A DNA stretch of 64,000 bases from an uncultured Nitrososphaerota archaeon (GCA_963799845.1 CAWCYI010000006.1:288001-352000), one strand, 5' to 3'; positions 1 to 11,771 are shown, counted from the stretch's first letter. Program-made: numbers and translations. The notes: generated by a model not told the origin, from the sequence alone.

Positions 1-490
1 TGAGAATCTTGAAGTTGTCAGGAGCTGCGATGTTTTGCTCCTGACCGTTCCGCACGAAAATGCGTTTGCGACGGTGAACGGACTTTCAAGTGACTTTCGG
101 GGAAACCAAGTACTAATTTCGGCGGTCGCAGCCGTTGCGAAAAAAGGGGAGGAGTTCGTCGTCGATGAGGATCCTTCGGGCGAATCGTTCGCACAAAAAA
201 TCAGTGCAATCGTCCCCCCAAATGTTAAGGTTGCAGCAGCCTTTCAAACTGTACCAGCTAGCATTCTTTACAAAGAAAGAGAAATCTCGGCGGACGTTCT
301 TGTCTCCACCGACGACTTGGGAACGTACGAGTCTGTGTCAGCTATAGTTAGAGACATTGAGGGATTGAGGCCCCTTTACCTTGGTAGTCTGCGCCTGGCG
401 GGAGAAATAGAGCGACTAACTGCTCTCCTCCTCAACATTGGCAAGAGAAACAGAATGAAGAGTCCGACTCTAAAGTTCGTGTCCTTTTAG
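1..490 (+). CDS. npdG: NADPH-dependent F420 reductase (5' end outside window)
   Basis: Motifs LLTVP, S-AQKI, VAAAFQTVPA, LRPLYLGSL and IERLTALLLNI match the F420-dependent NADP oxidoreductase family. Confidence 0.8.
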   Translation, partial: ENLEVVRSCDVLLLTVPHENAFATVNGLSSDFRGNQVLISAVAAVAKKGEEFVVDEDPSGESFAQKISAIVPPNVKVAAAFQTVPASILYKEREISADVLVSTDDLGTYESVSAIVRDIEGLRPLYLGSLRLAGEIERLTALLLNIGKRNRMKSPTLKFVSF

Positions 491-511
491 AGGCCAAGAT
501 TTGCTTGAAGG

Positions 512-1000
512 CTATTTCTTGATAAGACGCTTTTCTAATTTCGTCCCGCACACAAGGCAATCGGGTCTTTGCTTGCTGTATTTCTTACCGCAGGCAGGAC
601 AGAAAAAGACCCATTCAGACGCTGTAGCAATGCCTCCGGTCATAAGTGGCCGTGCCTTTACTCCTAATTTTGATGCGACGTTCTCGACTGCAAAATCATC
701 GGAAAGAAGAATCGCATCATTACCATCGGCTGCGATAGAAAGACAGAGAGCTAGAACGCTCAAATCTGCTTTTGATAGATTGTTATCGCCGGTATCTCTG
801 GCAGCTTCCTTTACCTTCTTCAAAGCGTCGGGAGTGGCCTGCCAGACATTAACCTTCGATAAGGCTATCAAAGTTCTGGTCCTTTCGTTGGAAACCTCGC
901 TGATAACGTCTGGCGTCGTTACAAGATTTTCCGTCGTATTCGTATACGGCACTCCTGCGTAAAAAGCAGTAGTGTCCAAGACGAGGTACTGTTGAGACAT
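512..1000 (-). CDS. nob1: Nob1-family PIN endonuclease with Zn ribbon
   Basis: VLDTTAF, LSKADLSVLAL, SDDFAVEN and C-terminal CPAC...CLVCG. Confidence 0.9.
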   Translation of the reverse strand: MSQQYLVLDTTAFYAGVPYTNTTENLVTTPDVISEVSNERTRTLIALSKVNVWQATPDALKKVKEAARDTGDNNLSKADLSVLALCLSIAADGNDAILLSDDFAVENVASKLGVKARPLMTGGIATASEWVFFCPACGKKYSKQRPDCLVCGTKLEKRLIKK

Positions 1001-1191
1001 TTCGGAGAATTCAAAACCCTAGTGATTCTGATAACTCACACTAACATACAGAAGAACGCTCAAGACATAAAGGTCTCAGAAAAAGTGCTAAACTCGGTGC
1101 CAGAGATGACTAATTTCGTGCGCACATTATAATTAGAGTTTCGACAGCTTATCAAACTTTTCGCTGATAACAGAGTTCATCGCGACTTCTT

Positions 1192-2037
1192 TCATCGAAA
1201 ACCGAGGTTTTTTAATTGCCTGAAAGGACCGGCGCGATCAAATCTTACAAACACAGCTTCCTTGTCATGTTTTTTGAATGTAACATAAGTGTCAGCCTCT
1301 ATCCCAAATGAATCCTGCCCGTCGATCACAATGTTCAGAGAATAATTTCCAAGAACTCTGATTCTGGATATTGAAGTAATTATTACCGGTAGCCTGTTAA
1401 TCGATGCGATCGGAGTAATCGCGAAAAGCTGCAGAGAGCCCTCCAGAAATGGGGAACCGTAGGAATAAGCATGTCCGGTAGAACCGGTAGGAGTGCTGAC
1501 CAGCAGCCCGTCCATTCTCTGCGAAAAAACAGATCCATGGTCTAGGTCGATTGTGAAAAGCGGGGTCTTTGACAGTGATCGCCTAATCACGAGAACCTCA
1601 TTCAATGCGGGAGGCAAAAGTTTGTGCTCCAAAGAAGGAGATATTCGGAGTCTTTTTTCTATGTGGTAGTCTCCTTCCTCAATCTTTCTCAGGGCAAATT
1701 TGATTTGATCTGGCTTGATTTCCGCAAGGATTCCCCTGCCCCCCACGTTAACGCAAAGACATGGAATTGTGCTGTCAAGTAGTCGGAGCAACCTTAGAAT
1801 CGTACCATCGCCTGATACGGTGATGACGAGATCGGTCTTGGATTGTCCGATCTCTTCCACGGCTCTGACGTGATCCACTCCCTTAATGTGTAAGTTTGGA
1901 AAACACGTGACGCTCATTCCGCTCGCGAGTAGAAGTTCGGCAATGTCCCTCGCTATTTCTTTGGCTTCGCCGTGACCTTCTTTTGAAATAATTGCAATCT
2001 TGGAGACTTTCAGAAAAACAACCTCAATTTTTTTCAA
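1192..2037 (-). CDS. nadK: NAD(+) kinase
   Basis: SGDGT, ALNE, DGLLVSTPTGST motifs. Confidence 0.92.
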   Translation of the reverse strand: MKKIEVVFLKVSKIAIISKEGHGEAKEIARDIAELLLASGMSVTCFPNLHIKGVDHVRAVEEIGQSKTDLVITVSGDGTILRLLRLLDSTIPCLCVNVGGRGILAEIKPDQIKFALRKIEEGDYHIEKRLRISPSLEHKLLPPALNEVLVIRRSLSKTPLFTIDLDHGSVFSQRMDGLLVSTPTGSTGHAYSYGSPFLEGSLQLFAITPIASINRLPVIITSISRIRVLGNYSLNIVIDGQDSFGIEADTYVTFKKHDKEAVFVRFDRAGPFRQLKNLGFR

Positions 2038-2171
2038 CTTATTCCGATCGATCTAAATTCAGAAAAAAAAGTACCCACCGATTTATCATTAATCCCAAAA
2101 GTTTCGAAAGGTTAGATATAATTAACGTTAAATAGAGAACTACCGAGTCTCGTGCTTCATCGGTTGCGTAA

Positions 2172-2570
2172 ATGAGCAAGCCTGTAGATCTTGGCAGTCT
2201 GAAGGATGGCTCTTACATTATCATTGATGGTGAGGCATGCAGGATTGTTGAATATGATAAGAGCAAGCCAGGTAAACACGGTGCGGCAAAGGCACGTGTC
2301 GTCGGAATTGGAGTTTTTGACAACGTCAAGAGAAGTTTGGTTCTCCCTGTTTCCACAAATGTTGAAGTGCCTCTGATTGAGAAAAAGTCAGGCCAGGTTG
2401 TCTCTGCGGATCCGAATAATGTTCAGATAATGGATCTCGAGACCTTTGAGACGATCGATGTGCCCGTCCCGACTGATCCGGAAATTAAGAGCAAGATCGC
2501 ATCAGGTGCGGAAGTCGAGTATTGGCAAGTTTTGGGACGAAGGAAAATTATGAGAGTGAAGAATGCCTAG
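2172..2570 (+). CDS. eif5a: Translation factor aIF-5A
   Basis: KSKPGKHGAAK hypusine-site motif. Confidence 0.97.
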   Translation: MSKPVDLGSLKDGSYIIIDGEACRIVEYDKSKPGKHGAAKARVVGIGVFDNVKRSLVLPVSTNVEVPLIEKKSGQVVSADPNNVQIMDLETFETIDVPVPTDPEIKSKIASGAEVEYWQVLGRRKIMRVKNA

Positions 2571-2573
2571 ACT

Positions 2574-3706
2574 CTAGAACTTGAAAAATCCTTTCTTCTT
2601 CTCGTCTTCTACCTGTTTGAATTGCTTAAGAAGTCTCTCTTTGCTTTTCCGTGAGTTTCATCGGAACTATAACGTTAACAGTTACTAGTTCGTTTCCCCT
2701 GTTGGAACTGCCCATAATGGGAACTCCCTTCCCTTTCAGTTTCAGGGTCGTTCCGTTCTGAGTTCCGGCTGGAATTGAAATCTCCGCGCCGGAACCATCT
2801 ATCGTCGGAACCTGTATAGTAGACCCGAGAGCCGCGCTCGCCATGTCAAGCGAAACGGAACAGTGAAGATCTCCTTCCTCGCGAGTGAAGACCTTGTGCG
2901 GCAAGACGTGGCAGACCACGTAGAGGTCTCCGGCGGACGTCCCACTTTCGCCTGCATCACCCTCGCCCCTCAACCGAAGCGATGATTCGTTTTCGATCCC
3001 CTGAGGGATTTTCACGGTTATTTTCCGTGTCTTTTGAACAGTCCCGTTTCCCTTGCAATCTCTGCATGGGTTATCGAGGACTTCGCCCTTTCCTCTGCAG
3101 ACTCTACAGGTCTCGATCCGAACAAATTGTGCAAATCCAGACGAGCTGAATTCTCTGGACCTGGCCTCTGCCACCACACTCGGTGCAGACTCGAGGCGTG
3201 CTACCGGGCCTCGCGCCGCTCCCTTTGCAAACTGAACATCTTTCCGTACGGGGAATTTCAATTTCTGTGTTGAGACCGGTTGCTACCTGTTCCAACGTAA
3301 AATCCAGCTCATATCTGAGATCCGCCCCACGTCGGGCCCCGCGGCCCGACCCCGTCATGTTCCCGAAGAACATGTCAAAAATACTTCCACCAAATCCGCC
3401 GAATCCTCCGAATCCGAGATCTCGTAGTATCTCATCAAAGTTGGCTGTACGGAAAATGTCCTCGGTGGAATATTTACCCTGAATTCCTTCATGACCGAAC
3501 CGATCGTACTGCGCCCTCTTCGCGTCATCCGATAGTACTGCGTATGCTTCTGAAATTTCCTTGAACCGATCTTCCGCACCAGCGGCCTTGTTACGATCGG
3601 GATGGTACTGCATTGCGAGTTTGCGGTACGAGCTCTTGAGCTGATCTTTACTCGCGTCTTTTGGGACGCCAAGTACCTCGTAATAGTCTCTTTTTTCCGA
3701 CGACAA
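2574..3706 (-). CDS. dnaJ: Chaperone DnaJ (two apparent frameshifts, near 3145 and 2635)
   Basis: J-domain HPD, G/F region, four CxxCxGxG repeats split over ORFs 3104-3706 and 2626-3261; a third frame gives LLKQFKQVEDEKKKGFFKF* ending at 2574. Confidence 0.92.
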
Positions 3707-3722
3707 TTCTTACCTCTCTCTT

Positions 3723-5600
3723 TCAGTCCTTCTTCTGTGAAGAATCTTGGTCCACTTTGTATTCGGCATCTACGACTTTCTGTTCGCTTGCATCAGCTGA
3801 TTGGGACGAGGTCCCTGTGCCAGAAGAGGTGGAAGACGCCGCGGATGCAGCGGCAGCCTGTTGGTAGGCTACCGTTCCAATCTCCTTCAGCACGTTGCTC
3901 AAGGCCTCGCTCTTTTGCTTGATAACCTCAGTGTCAGTCCCTGCAATAGCATCTTTCAGCTCCTTCGAGGCGTTGTCCAGCTTTGCGAGCAGGTCGGCAG
4001 GGATCTTGTCCTTCAGATCTGACTTTGTTTTCTCGGTCGTGTATACAAGACTGTCGGCCTGGTTTCTAATTTCAGCCTCCTCGCGTTTCTTCTTGTCGGA
4101 TTCGGCGAACTCCTCTGCTTCTTTGACCATCCGCTCCTTTTCCTTGTCGGATAGCTTTGTCGAAGCGGTTATGGCGATTCCAGCTTGTTTACCCGTTGCC
4201 ATGTCTTTCGCGGAGACGTTCAGGATCCCGTTTGCATCTATGTCGAAAGCAACCTCAACCTGTGGAACACCCCTCGGAGCTGGTGGAATCCCTGTTAGAT
4301 TGAAATTACCTAGAGAAACGTTGTCCGTAGCCATAGCCCTCTCGCCTTGTAGGACGTGGATGGTCACGGTTGTCTGAAAATCTGCTGCTGTTGTGAAAAT
4401 CTGGCTTTTCTTCGTCGGGATCGTAGTATTCCTGTCGATAATCTTAGTCAGGATCCCTCCCATGGTTTCGACTCCCAGTGAGAGCGGAGTAACGTCAAGT
4501 AGCAGGATATCGGTAACTTCTCCCGAGAGAACCGCAGCCTGAATCGACGCTCCCATGGCAACACACTCCATCGGATCGACTCCGCGTTCAGCAGGTTTGC
4601 CCATGATTTTCTCGACGAAATTCCTGACAATCGGCATTCTAGTTGGTCCACCCACGAGAATTATCCGGTCGACCTGAGTCGGCTCGAGCTTTGCATCCTG
4701 CAACGCCTGCATTGTCGGATGCCTGCACCTTTCAATTATCGGGTTGATCAATTCTTCCAGTTTAGATCTAGTCAGAGTTAGGGCAAGATTCTTCGGCCCC
4801 GAGGCATCCGCGGCGATGAATGGGAGATTGATCTCCGTTGTGGGAGTTGTCGAAAGTTCGATCTTCGCCTTTTCTCCAGCTTCTCTAACCCTTTGCAGAG
4901 CAACGGGGTCATTCCTCAAATCGAGTCCACTTTGCGCCCGGAAGTGCGAAACGATATAATCGACCAACACGTTATCCATATCGGTACCGCCGAGTTGAGT
5001 GTCTCCGCTGGTCGATTTGACCTCGAACAAACCCCCGCCGAACTCCATTATCGTCACATCAAGAGTGCCTCCGCCGAGGTCGAAAACCATGATTTTCTGC
5101 TCTTTTCCTGCTTTATCCAATCCGTAAGCCAGCGAGGCTGCCGTCGGCTCGTTGATTATTCTCACAACTTCGAGGCCGGCTATCGATCCCGCATCCTTAG
5201 TCGCCTGCCTTTGATTGTCGTTGAAATAGGCAGGAACGGTGATGACCGCCTGCGAGATCTTCTCACCTAGGAATGCTTCTGCGTCTGCCCTAATTTTTTG
5301 CAGTATGAAAGCAGAAATTTGTTGCGGCGTGTACTCTTTCCCATAGATTCTGACCTTATAGTCGGTCCCCATCTTCCTCTTGATCGCCATAACGGTCCCT
5401 TCCGGGTTCGACACGGCCTGTCTCCTCGCGGGCTCGCCAACAAGTAACTGCCCCTCCTTTGTGAAGGCCACGTACGACGGGAATGCTTTTCCGCCGACTG
5501 AAGTCCCTTCTGCGCTTGGGATTATCGTAGGCCTGCCACCCATCATCACTGCCGCGGCAGAGTTGCTCGTCCCCAAATCTATTCCGATTATTTTTGCCAT
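3723..5600 (-). CDS. dnaK: Chaperone DnaK (Hsp70)
   Basis: [25 protein letters not shown], full length 625 aa. Confidence 0.99.
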   Translation of the reverse strand: MAKIIGIDLGTSNSAAAVMMGGRPTIIPSAEGTSVGGKAFPSYVAFTKEGQLLVGEPARRQAVSNPEGTVMAIKRKMGTDYKVRIYGKEYTPQQISAFILQKIRADAEAFLGEKISQAVITVPAYFNDNQRQATKDAGSIAGLEVVRIINEPTAASLAYGLDKAGKEQKIMVFDLGGGTLDVTIMEFGGGLFEVKSTSGDTQLGGTDMDNVLVDYIVSHFRAQSGLDLRNDPVALQRVREAGEKAKIELSTTPTTEINLPFIAADASGPKNLALTLTRSKLEELINPIIERCRHPTMQALQDAKLEPTQVDRIILVGGPTRMPIVRNFVEKIMGKPAERGVDPMECVAMGASIQAAVLSGEVTDILLLDVTPLSLGVETMGGILTKIIDRNTTIPTKKSQIFTTAADFQTTVTIHVLQGERAMATDNVSLGNFNLTGIPPAPRGVPQVEVAFDIDANGILNVSAKDMATGKQAGIAITASTKLSDKEKERMVKEAEEFAESDKKKREEAEIRNQADSLVYTTEKTKSDLKDKIPADLLAKLDNASKELKDAIAGTDTEVIKQKSEALSNVLKEIGTVAYQQAAAASAASSTSSGTGTSSQSADASEQKVVDAEYKVDQDSSQKKD

Positions 5601-5660
5601 TTCTTCTTGTTCACCTAATTTGTTTCTTAATTACACCAGATACATACAGTACTCGCAATG

Positions 5661-6336
5661 CTAGCGATTCTCTTTCGACGCGGCTTCCTCAATTTCTACT
5701 TCTTTTGAGCGGGAATCGACGATTTTGGAATTCTCTCCAGCCTTCTTTTCCTTTTGTTTCGCGACCTCGACCATTGCCGGCTTTATCACTTTTCCCTCAA
5801 CTGAATATCCAGGACTGATCACTGCAAGGATTGTACCATGTTCGTTGGTTTCCGACTCTTGATACGACAACGCCTCGTGGTGATTAGGATCGAATCTGCC
5901 GCCTAACTTTGCGGGAATGACCTTAACATCTTCCAACTTCAAAATATTCTCAATTCGAGAAGATACCAGAATCAACCCGTCCAGCAGGCCGGACTTTTTG
6001 TCGGATTCGCGAGCAACTCCAACCGCTCGATCCAGAGTCTTCCTTAATCGTAATAATCTCTAGTAGCCAGGTCAACTTTACTTGGTTTCTAACTTCGGAA
6101 ACTCTTCTGTCTGCCTGCCTCTGAAGATTCACGATGTCTGCCTGAAGATAACGCATTCTATTTGCAAGATCTGAAGATCTCTGACGTTCCTGCTCAAGCT
6201 CTTCTCTCAGACTTTGGATTTCTCGAGCGAAAGATTCTAGCTCCGATTCTCGCTTTGATTCCGAGAGTATAGTCTCAGTTTCCGCGGCCTCTTCCTCAGC
6301 CGTGTTGCTGTTCTTCTCGGGAGCACTAACGGACAA
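5661..6336 (-). CDS. grpE: Nucleotide exchange factor GrpE (frameshift near 6035)
   Basis: Coiled coil YLQADIVNLQR in 5950-6336 plus FDPNHHEAL...GY...VIKPAMVEV in 5661-5975; directly upstream of dnaK. Confidence 0.9.
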
Positions 6337-6385
6337 CGTCTAGTCACCAACTCTAGCTAAAGATACGATTGATCAACTTGCATGC

Positions 6386-6427
6386 ATATAAACGCAAAGG
6401 TTCGAATTTCGATTCGACTCGAAATTC
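6386..6427 (-). promoter_or_regulatory. TATA box (TTTATAT) and upstream 9-bp inverted repeat for the grpE-dnaK-dnaJ operon
   Basis: TTTATAT on the minus strand at 6386-6392; GAATTTCGA-N6-TCGAAATTC at 6404-6427. Confidence 0.5.
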
Positions 6428-6729
6428 CCGGAATCTCTTGAAATCGGAATCAAATTTCGCGTCAAAGGGAGCTTAGGATATTCCAAACAATTTAAGATTA
6501 CCTTGTCGGCTATGTTACTCTCCCGATGATGCGCGCAAGGAATTGCTCTTTTTTCTTGCGTATGGAAGAGCCGTCTGAGTTGTGCATCCAGACCTCAGGG
6601 CCAGCTGCATACTTCGATGATGAGGCTCTACAAAAGGCGGCAGAGGGAACTGAAATCTTAACGAATAACGACCAAAGAGTTTCCATAATTTCAAGCCAAG
6701 GGACAGGAAATTATTTTGGCTAATTTTGC

Positions 6730-7963
6730 CTAATCGTACTGGCTTCTAGCATCAGACTTTGACAAATCCTTCTCAATATCCGCATCATTTTCGTGGGATG
6801 AGCCAATGCTCTCCCTTCTAATCGGCTTTATTTTCACTTCGAGAATATCAAAGGGCTTGTCCCGCTCGATGTCGTAAGAGCCGAATAACTGGGAAAGGTT
6901 CGGTTCAACCGTGCCGTCCTGACCCAGTACGAGTTTCTTTAGGGGTATCCCGCCGTCACAATGAACCTCCAGTTCGATTGTTTCCCCTTCATCCAGAACT
7001 CTACCACGGATTTTTTGAATTTCTCTTTGTACAGTTCTGAACTTTCTGGATAGCCTGACGCTGACATGCACATTTGAGAATCTTTCCCTTACATCTTCCA
7101 GCTCTGAATTTCCAATTCTCAATCCTTCTGGTTTTCTTCTCAGGTATACCCTGGCACTTATCTCGAATTGAGGAACATAAGTAACCCTGCGGTCTAGGAT
7201 CTCTAGGTTCTTGATTTGAATTTCTTTTGACCTGAACGCAGTGGCCCTGGGCCTTCGGCCGGCACGTGCCATCAGCTGCCAATCCAGATCTCCTCTTCGG
7301 CCTCGTCACCTCGACGTAAAATGGTCTCCCGGATCCGACCACAAGGCTGTTTTCGTCTTCACTGCCCAGCCAGACAAAATTGCAGCTTTCGGCGTCAAAT
7401 TTCTTGACAAGAAAATCGGTAATTTTCGCTTGAATACTGAAGACGGATTTGCCTCTGTAATTGCACTGCGCGCAACCTAGTCCACTGCATACATTGCACA
7501 CCGAGCTCCTCTGCTGCAAACCGCGAACAAGCTTTGTGTAATTTCCACTGAGCCATATCGATCTTGGATTGACAGTAATCTGCCTATCAACCATTGAAGC
7601 CAAAATAGTTACGTCCGGTCGCGAATAGTTGACGCTCTTTCCCGTGTGCTGCTTGACACGCTTGCTCAGTACCTTGGTGATCTGGGATTTGATACCATCT
7701 CGACCCTTGATCTTGAGCCGCGATCTCAACTCGTCTTCTCTATCCAAAATCGACTGCGGAACTGATGCACCCACCAAGAATGATTCGAATTCGAACTCTT
7801 TCAGTTTGATGAGGATTTCGTCGGCAAGAGACTTCAGACCTGTCATCATCCCTTCGCAAACATAACAGGAACCCGGATCTACCGCTGCCTCGTATCTCAG
7901 TCCGTCCCTCTGCTGACAGAATTTACAAAGAACAATTCCTTGTTGGAGGACTGCGGATTTCAT
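6730..7963 (-). CDS. pus10: tRNA pseudouridine(54/55) synthase Pus10 (frameshift near 7290)
   Basis: N-terminal CxxC pairs, THUMP-like region, YTKLVRGLQQ, GSEDENS, GSGRPF, DGGIPLKKLV; adjacent to srp54. Confidence 0.88.
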
Positions 7964-8084
7964 TTTCTATCGATTCCTTGGTTACGACTTACTCTTCGAT
8001 TGGGAGCTAGATTGCAATTCACTTTTAACAGAAAAATTAGTCGGAATTATTCTCTGAAACAAATACTTGGATATTCAGATGGAA

Positions 8085-9416
8085 TTACTGCTGCCTGTTC
8101 ATCTGTTTCATCATTGCTCTAAATTGTCTGCCTTTACTCGCCTTCATCACCGATTTTGCCTGCTTGTATCTTGTGAGCAGATCCTTTACCTCTCTCTCAG
8201 GGACTCCCGTTCCCCTCGCGATCCTCTTGATGCGCTGAGAATTCAGAAGATCGGGGTCCTCCCTTTCCGTCGGAGTCATTGCTTGGATCATCGCTCGCCA
8301 GTACTTCATTTTTCCCTCGATTTCTTCAATGTTCTCCGTGGGCATGTTAGCCTGAGAGAATCCCGGTAATGACTCGAGTATCTTTCGGAGGGAGCCCATT
8401 TTCTTCACTGATTCAATCTGAAGTAGGAAGTCGTTCATCGTCAATTTGCCGGACATCATTCGTTTGATCTGCTTCTCGTCTGCAACCGATTCCAGTTCCT
8501 TTGCCCTTTCAAGCAGGGCCTGCAGGTCTCCCATCCCCAACAAACGGCCGACAAACCTGGTGGGGTTGAATGCCTCCAAATCATCGACGCGCTCGCCGTT
8601 GCCGATAAAGAATATCTTCGCCCCGGTGGCAGCCGCAGCCGCAAGAGCTCCACCTCCCTTTGCTGCTCCGTCGAGCTTGGTGATTATTATCCCGCCAACC
8701 GGCACAGCGTTATGGAAAGCGGACGCCTGACCAAAAGCGGCTTTCCCGATAGTCCCGTCTAAGACCAAGAAAGTAAAGTCCGGATGAACAGCTCCCGAGA
8801 TCTGTTTCATTTCATCAAGCAGACCTTTCTCTTCCTTGTGCCTACCCGCAGTATCGACAATGATCACATTCGAGTTTTGTTCACGGAAATGCTCGACTCC
8901 AACTTTTGCAACCTTCACGGAGTTTTTCTCATTATCGATTGAAAAGACTGGAACATTGATGTCTGAGCAAATAGTCTTCAACTGGGTCACCGCCCCGGGC
9001 CTGAAAGTGTCTGCAGCGATGACTCCAACGCGATATCCTTTCTTTACCAGATTCCTGCTCAGTTTTCCAATAGTCGTCGTCTTCCCACTGCCCTGAATTC
9101 CGACAACGAGAATAACGTTCGGCCTGTTCGTGGGGAGATCGAGCTTTCCTCCCTCTCCGAGGATTCTCACAAATTCGTCGTACAGTATTTTTACGATCTG
9201 GTCTTTCCTTGGAAGACCTGGCGGGGGCTTTTCCTCAATGGCCCTTTTTTCAATTCTCTGGCAAATTTCGAGAACTATCCTTACGTCAACATCGCTAGAT
9301 AGAAGCGTCCGCTGGATGTCCTTTACGAACTCCTTGATCTCCTTCTCATCGATCGAGGCAGATCCAATCAGCTTGTTAACAGCGTTTTGAAAACCTTCCC
9401 TCAGTTTGTCTAGCAT
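8085..9416 (-). CDS. srp54: Signal recognition particle protein SRP54
   Basis: GIQGSGKTTT, DTAGRH, TKLDG, M-domain. Confidence 0.98.
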   Translation of the reverse strand: MLDKLREGFQNAVNKLIGSASIDEKEIKEFVKDIQRTLLSSDVDVRIVLEICQRIEKRAIEEKPPPGLPRKDQIVKILYDEFVRILGEGGKLDLPTNRPNVILVVGIQGSGKTTTIGKLSRNLVKKGYRVGVIAADTFRPGAVTQLKTICSDINVPVFSIDNEKNSVKVAKVGVEHFREQNSNVIIVDTAGRHKEEKGLLDEMKQISGAVHPDFTFLVLDGTIGKAAFGQASAFHNAVPVGGIIITKLDGAAKGGGALAAAAATGAKIFFIGNGERVDDLEAFNPTRFVGRLLGMGDLQALLERAKELESVADEKQIKRMMSGKLTMNDFLLQIESVKKMGSLRKILESLPGFSQANMPTENIEEIEGKMKYWRAMIQAMTPTEREDPDLLNSQRIKRIARGTGVPEREVKDLLTRYKQAKSVMKASKGRQFRAMMKQMNRQQ

Positions 9417-9537
9417 GGAATCTAAATCCTTGGTCGTTACTTTGATTTAAGTTTGTAGAATCGATTCGATGAGTTGAGTCGCCAATTACATCGCCCGTTT
9501 CAAGAAAAGGGTCTGAATCGGTATTCTAAGTAATATT

Positions 9538-10281
9538 CTAAAAAATCTCGAAAGACTCTGGAATATTTTGACCTGTACGAATCCGATCCTTTCTGACAAG
9601 CGTCGCCTTTTTTATCTCAAGCTTTCCTTCGTAGCCGTTCCATTTCTTCACAGATTCACCGATTTCAATACGGCTTCTCGGATATAGAGGACAATCGAGG
9701 ACCAACGTCTCCCCTTCACCGCCTTCAAGAGCGGGGTTAAATCGATATTTTGAAGAGAGATTCAAAAGTTCCCTTACTGCTTGTTTGTCGATCGGCCTTC
9801 CAAGCCAAGTGTCATCCAATCCCGCTGCAGAAACCGAAGTGAGAATGAAATTGAAGCCTTTCTCCACAATCTCGGAAACGTATGTTACCTGATCAACACC
9901 CCAGAGAGGGGCCTTAGAAATAAGGCCGATGTCCTCTGCTATCCTATCCAGCCGGGATTTTTGATATCCGCTGCACAACGCCCCTGATCCGAGATGTGTG
10001 AATCCAAATTCCTTTCTCGCTTCACCGATCGTGTTCTTGATGTCAGATAACTCGCTCTCTTTTTCACCCTTTGTGTGCCCCAGGACACAAGGAATTTCGA
10101 GCGCTCTCGCACAGAGGTCAGCAGCATGGATGTTCGAGGTGTGCAACATGTAGCTATCTGCGTTCTCAGAGATCATAGTTATTAGGCAAGAAATTTGGAA
10201 TCCGGAATTTCTGAGCCTCTCGATTGTATACGTGCTATCCTTGCCTCCCGAATAAAGCACTGCGGCATTTTTCTCGTCCAT
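9538..10281 (-). CDS. dph6: Diphthine--ammonia ligase
   Basis: YSGGKDS PP-loop, SYMLH, EGGEGETLVLDCP. Confidence 0.9.
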   Translation of the reverse strand: MDEKNAAVLYSGGKDSTYTIERLRNSGFQISCLITMISENADSYMLHTSNIHAADLCARALEIPCVLGHTKGEKESELSDIKNTIGEARKEFGFTHLGSGALCSGYQKSRLDRIAEDIGLISKAPLWGVDQVTYVSEIVEKGFNFILTSVSAAGLDDTWLGRPIDKQAVRELLNLSSKYRFNPALEGGEGETLVLDCPLYPRSRIEIGESVKKWNGYEGKLEIKKATLVRKDRIRTGQNIPESFEIF

Positions 10282-10427
10282 TCAAATAACTCCTCCAAAA
10301 AAAGGTGAAATTTCAGATCCTGTAGCAGTAGTCTCTTGTCGGCACGTCGATCTTAGATAAGTAGAAACGATGTAACAGAAGCATTTAAAGCGCTTCTGCA
10401 AGAACTCGTTCGGAGAGTCACTGGTTT

Positions 10428-10706
10428 ATGCCGAAGTCGCGTGGCTATAGGAGAAAGACAAGGGCGATGTTTAGGGGCAAGCCCAGGTCTCCTCTCGGAG
10501 CGTTTTTGCGAGAGTATAAAGTGGGAGATCGAGTAGTTATTGATGTTGATTCTCGACAGCCGAAGGGTATGCCTCACAGGCGATTTCAGGGCTCGGTTGG
10601 AAGCGTTGAAGAAATCAGACGACGGAGCCTGGTCTTGGACGTACCTGTGGGAGACACCCGAAAGACGGTCGTTGCTCGATTAGAGCATGTTCGTCCTCTC
10701 GCGTGA
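10428..10706 (+). CDS. rpl21e: Ribosomal protein eL21
   Basis: SRGYRRKTR, KGMPHRRFQG. Confidence 0.97.
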   Translation: MPKSRGYRRKTRAMFRGKPRSPLGAFLREYKVGDRVVIDVDSRQPKGMPHRRFQGSVGSVEEIRRRSLVLDVPVGDTRKTVVARLEHVRPLA

Positions 10707-10742
10707 TCTAGTTCTAGTTGTTAATGGAATAGTTGGACGATT

Positions 10743-11084
10743 GTGACTGAGCAGACACAACAGCAGATCGCCGCAAAGAAGGCGCGGATAATAACGATCT
10801 CTGAAGCGCGAGAGATACTCTCCAAGATAGACCCGGAGCAGACCGATCAGATACAGAAGCGAACGATGGATTATCTGCTGAAGTTCTCGAAGGAAGAACC
10901 TGAGAAGGCTAAAAAGATGAGAAAGATGCTGATCGATGAATGTTCTCTGACAACCGAAGAAGCCACAGAACTTGTCAATGTATTGCCAAAGTCGCAAGAA
11001 GAGCTTAGAGTGTTCACCTCTGGCTGGAGAAAACTAATCCCTACCGCAACGGTGGAAAAGATCCTGAAAATTTTGTCCGATTAG
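10743..11084 (+). CDS. rpo4: RNA polymerase subunit Rpo4 (F)
   Basis: Size, YLLKFSK, LVNVLPKSQEELR; conserved position after rpl21e. Confidence 0.9.
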   Translation: MTEQTQQQIAAKKARIITISEAREILSKIDPEQTDQIQKRTMDYLLKFSKEEPEKAKKMRKMLIDECSLTTEEATELVNVLPKSQEELRVFTSGWRKLIPTATVEKILKILSD

Positions 11085-11204
11085 CGAGCTCCACGTTTCG
11101 GAATTCAAATTTAACCTCGATTCGCACAATCGAAAGATGGGTTTTTCAGACACTTTTTGAAAATTCCGATCCAGTATACATTGATAAGAATCGTGTGAGA
11201 AAAA

Positions 11205-11771
11205 TTGTACGCTTCTACGCCTGCCGCGAAGAAGTACGAGGAGTTTGCATACGCTCTTGATTTTATTCCCCGCGGAAAATCCTTCATCATTAAGGAAAGA
11301 GAAGGTCCCCTAGTTCAGGCAGTTGGAGAGGAGCGACTTACCTTGCTTGAAATTCTCGCGACCCCCGAATCGGATTTCATAGTCGGTGAAAAAATTGCGA
11401 TTGGAAAAGAAAACCGGACGAAGATAGTCAGCGTTCTTGGTAAGCTAAATTACGACGAGCTTACTTCCGAAGCTCGAAATGAACTACAGTCAGTTCTGGA
11501 AAAGATGATTGCGGAAAATGAGTCCAGGTACGTCACTTATTTCAACGAGTTGCAACCCCTGACTCCCAGACTGCACGCTCTGGAACTAATACCCGGAATC
11601 GGCAAGACATTCATGAGACAGATTGTTTCGGAGAGAGAAAGGAAGCTGTTTGATAGTTTCGCAGATCTTGAAAGACGCGTCGGAATCCGCGATCCGGCCA
11701 AATTGCTGGCAAAGCGGATTGTCGAAGAACTTTCAGGCGGTTCCAGGATAACTATCTTTGTCCATCACTAA
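11205..11771 (+). CDS. DUF655 family HhH nucleic-acid-binding protein
   Basis: YEEFAYALD, LTPRLHALELIPGIGK; conserved rpl21e-rpo4-DUF655-ksgA order. Confidence 0.9.
   Translation: MYASTPAAKKYEEFAYALDFIPRGKSFIIKEREGPLVQAVGEERLTLLEILATPESDFIVGEKIAIGKENRTKIVSVLGKLNYDELTSEARNELQSVLEKMIAENESRYVTYFNELQPLTPRLHALELIPGIGKTFMRQIVSERERKLFDSFADLERRVGIRDPAKLLAKRIVEELSGGSRITIFVHH

Noticed and set aside
3104-3261. Programmed frameshifting in dnaJ or the other split genes
   Set aside because: No shared slippery heptamer was seen; the pattern fits sequencing indels.
3895-5270. Long antisense ORFs over dnaK (similar ones over carB, srp54 and aglB)
   Set aside because: Shadow ORFs opposite highly conserved genes.
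6526-6723. 65-aa ORF between grpE and pus10
   Set aside because: No recognisable features; cannot be supported.
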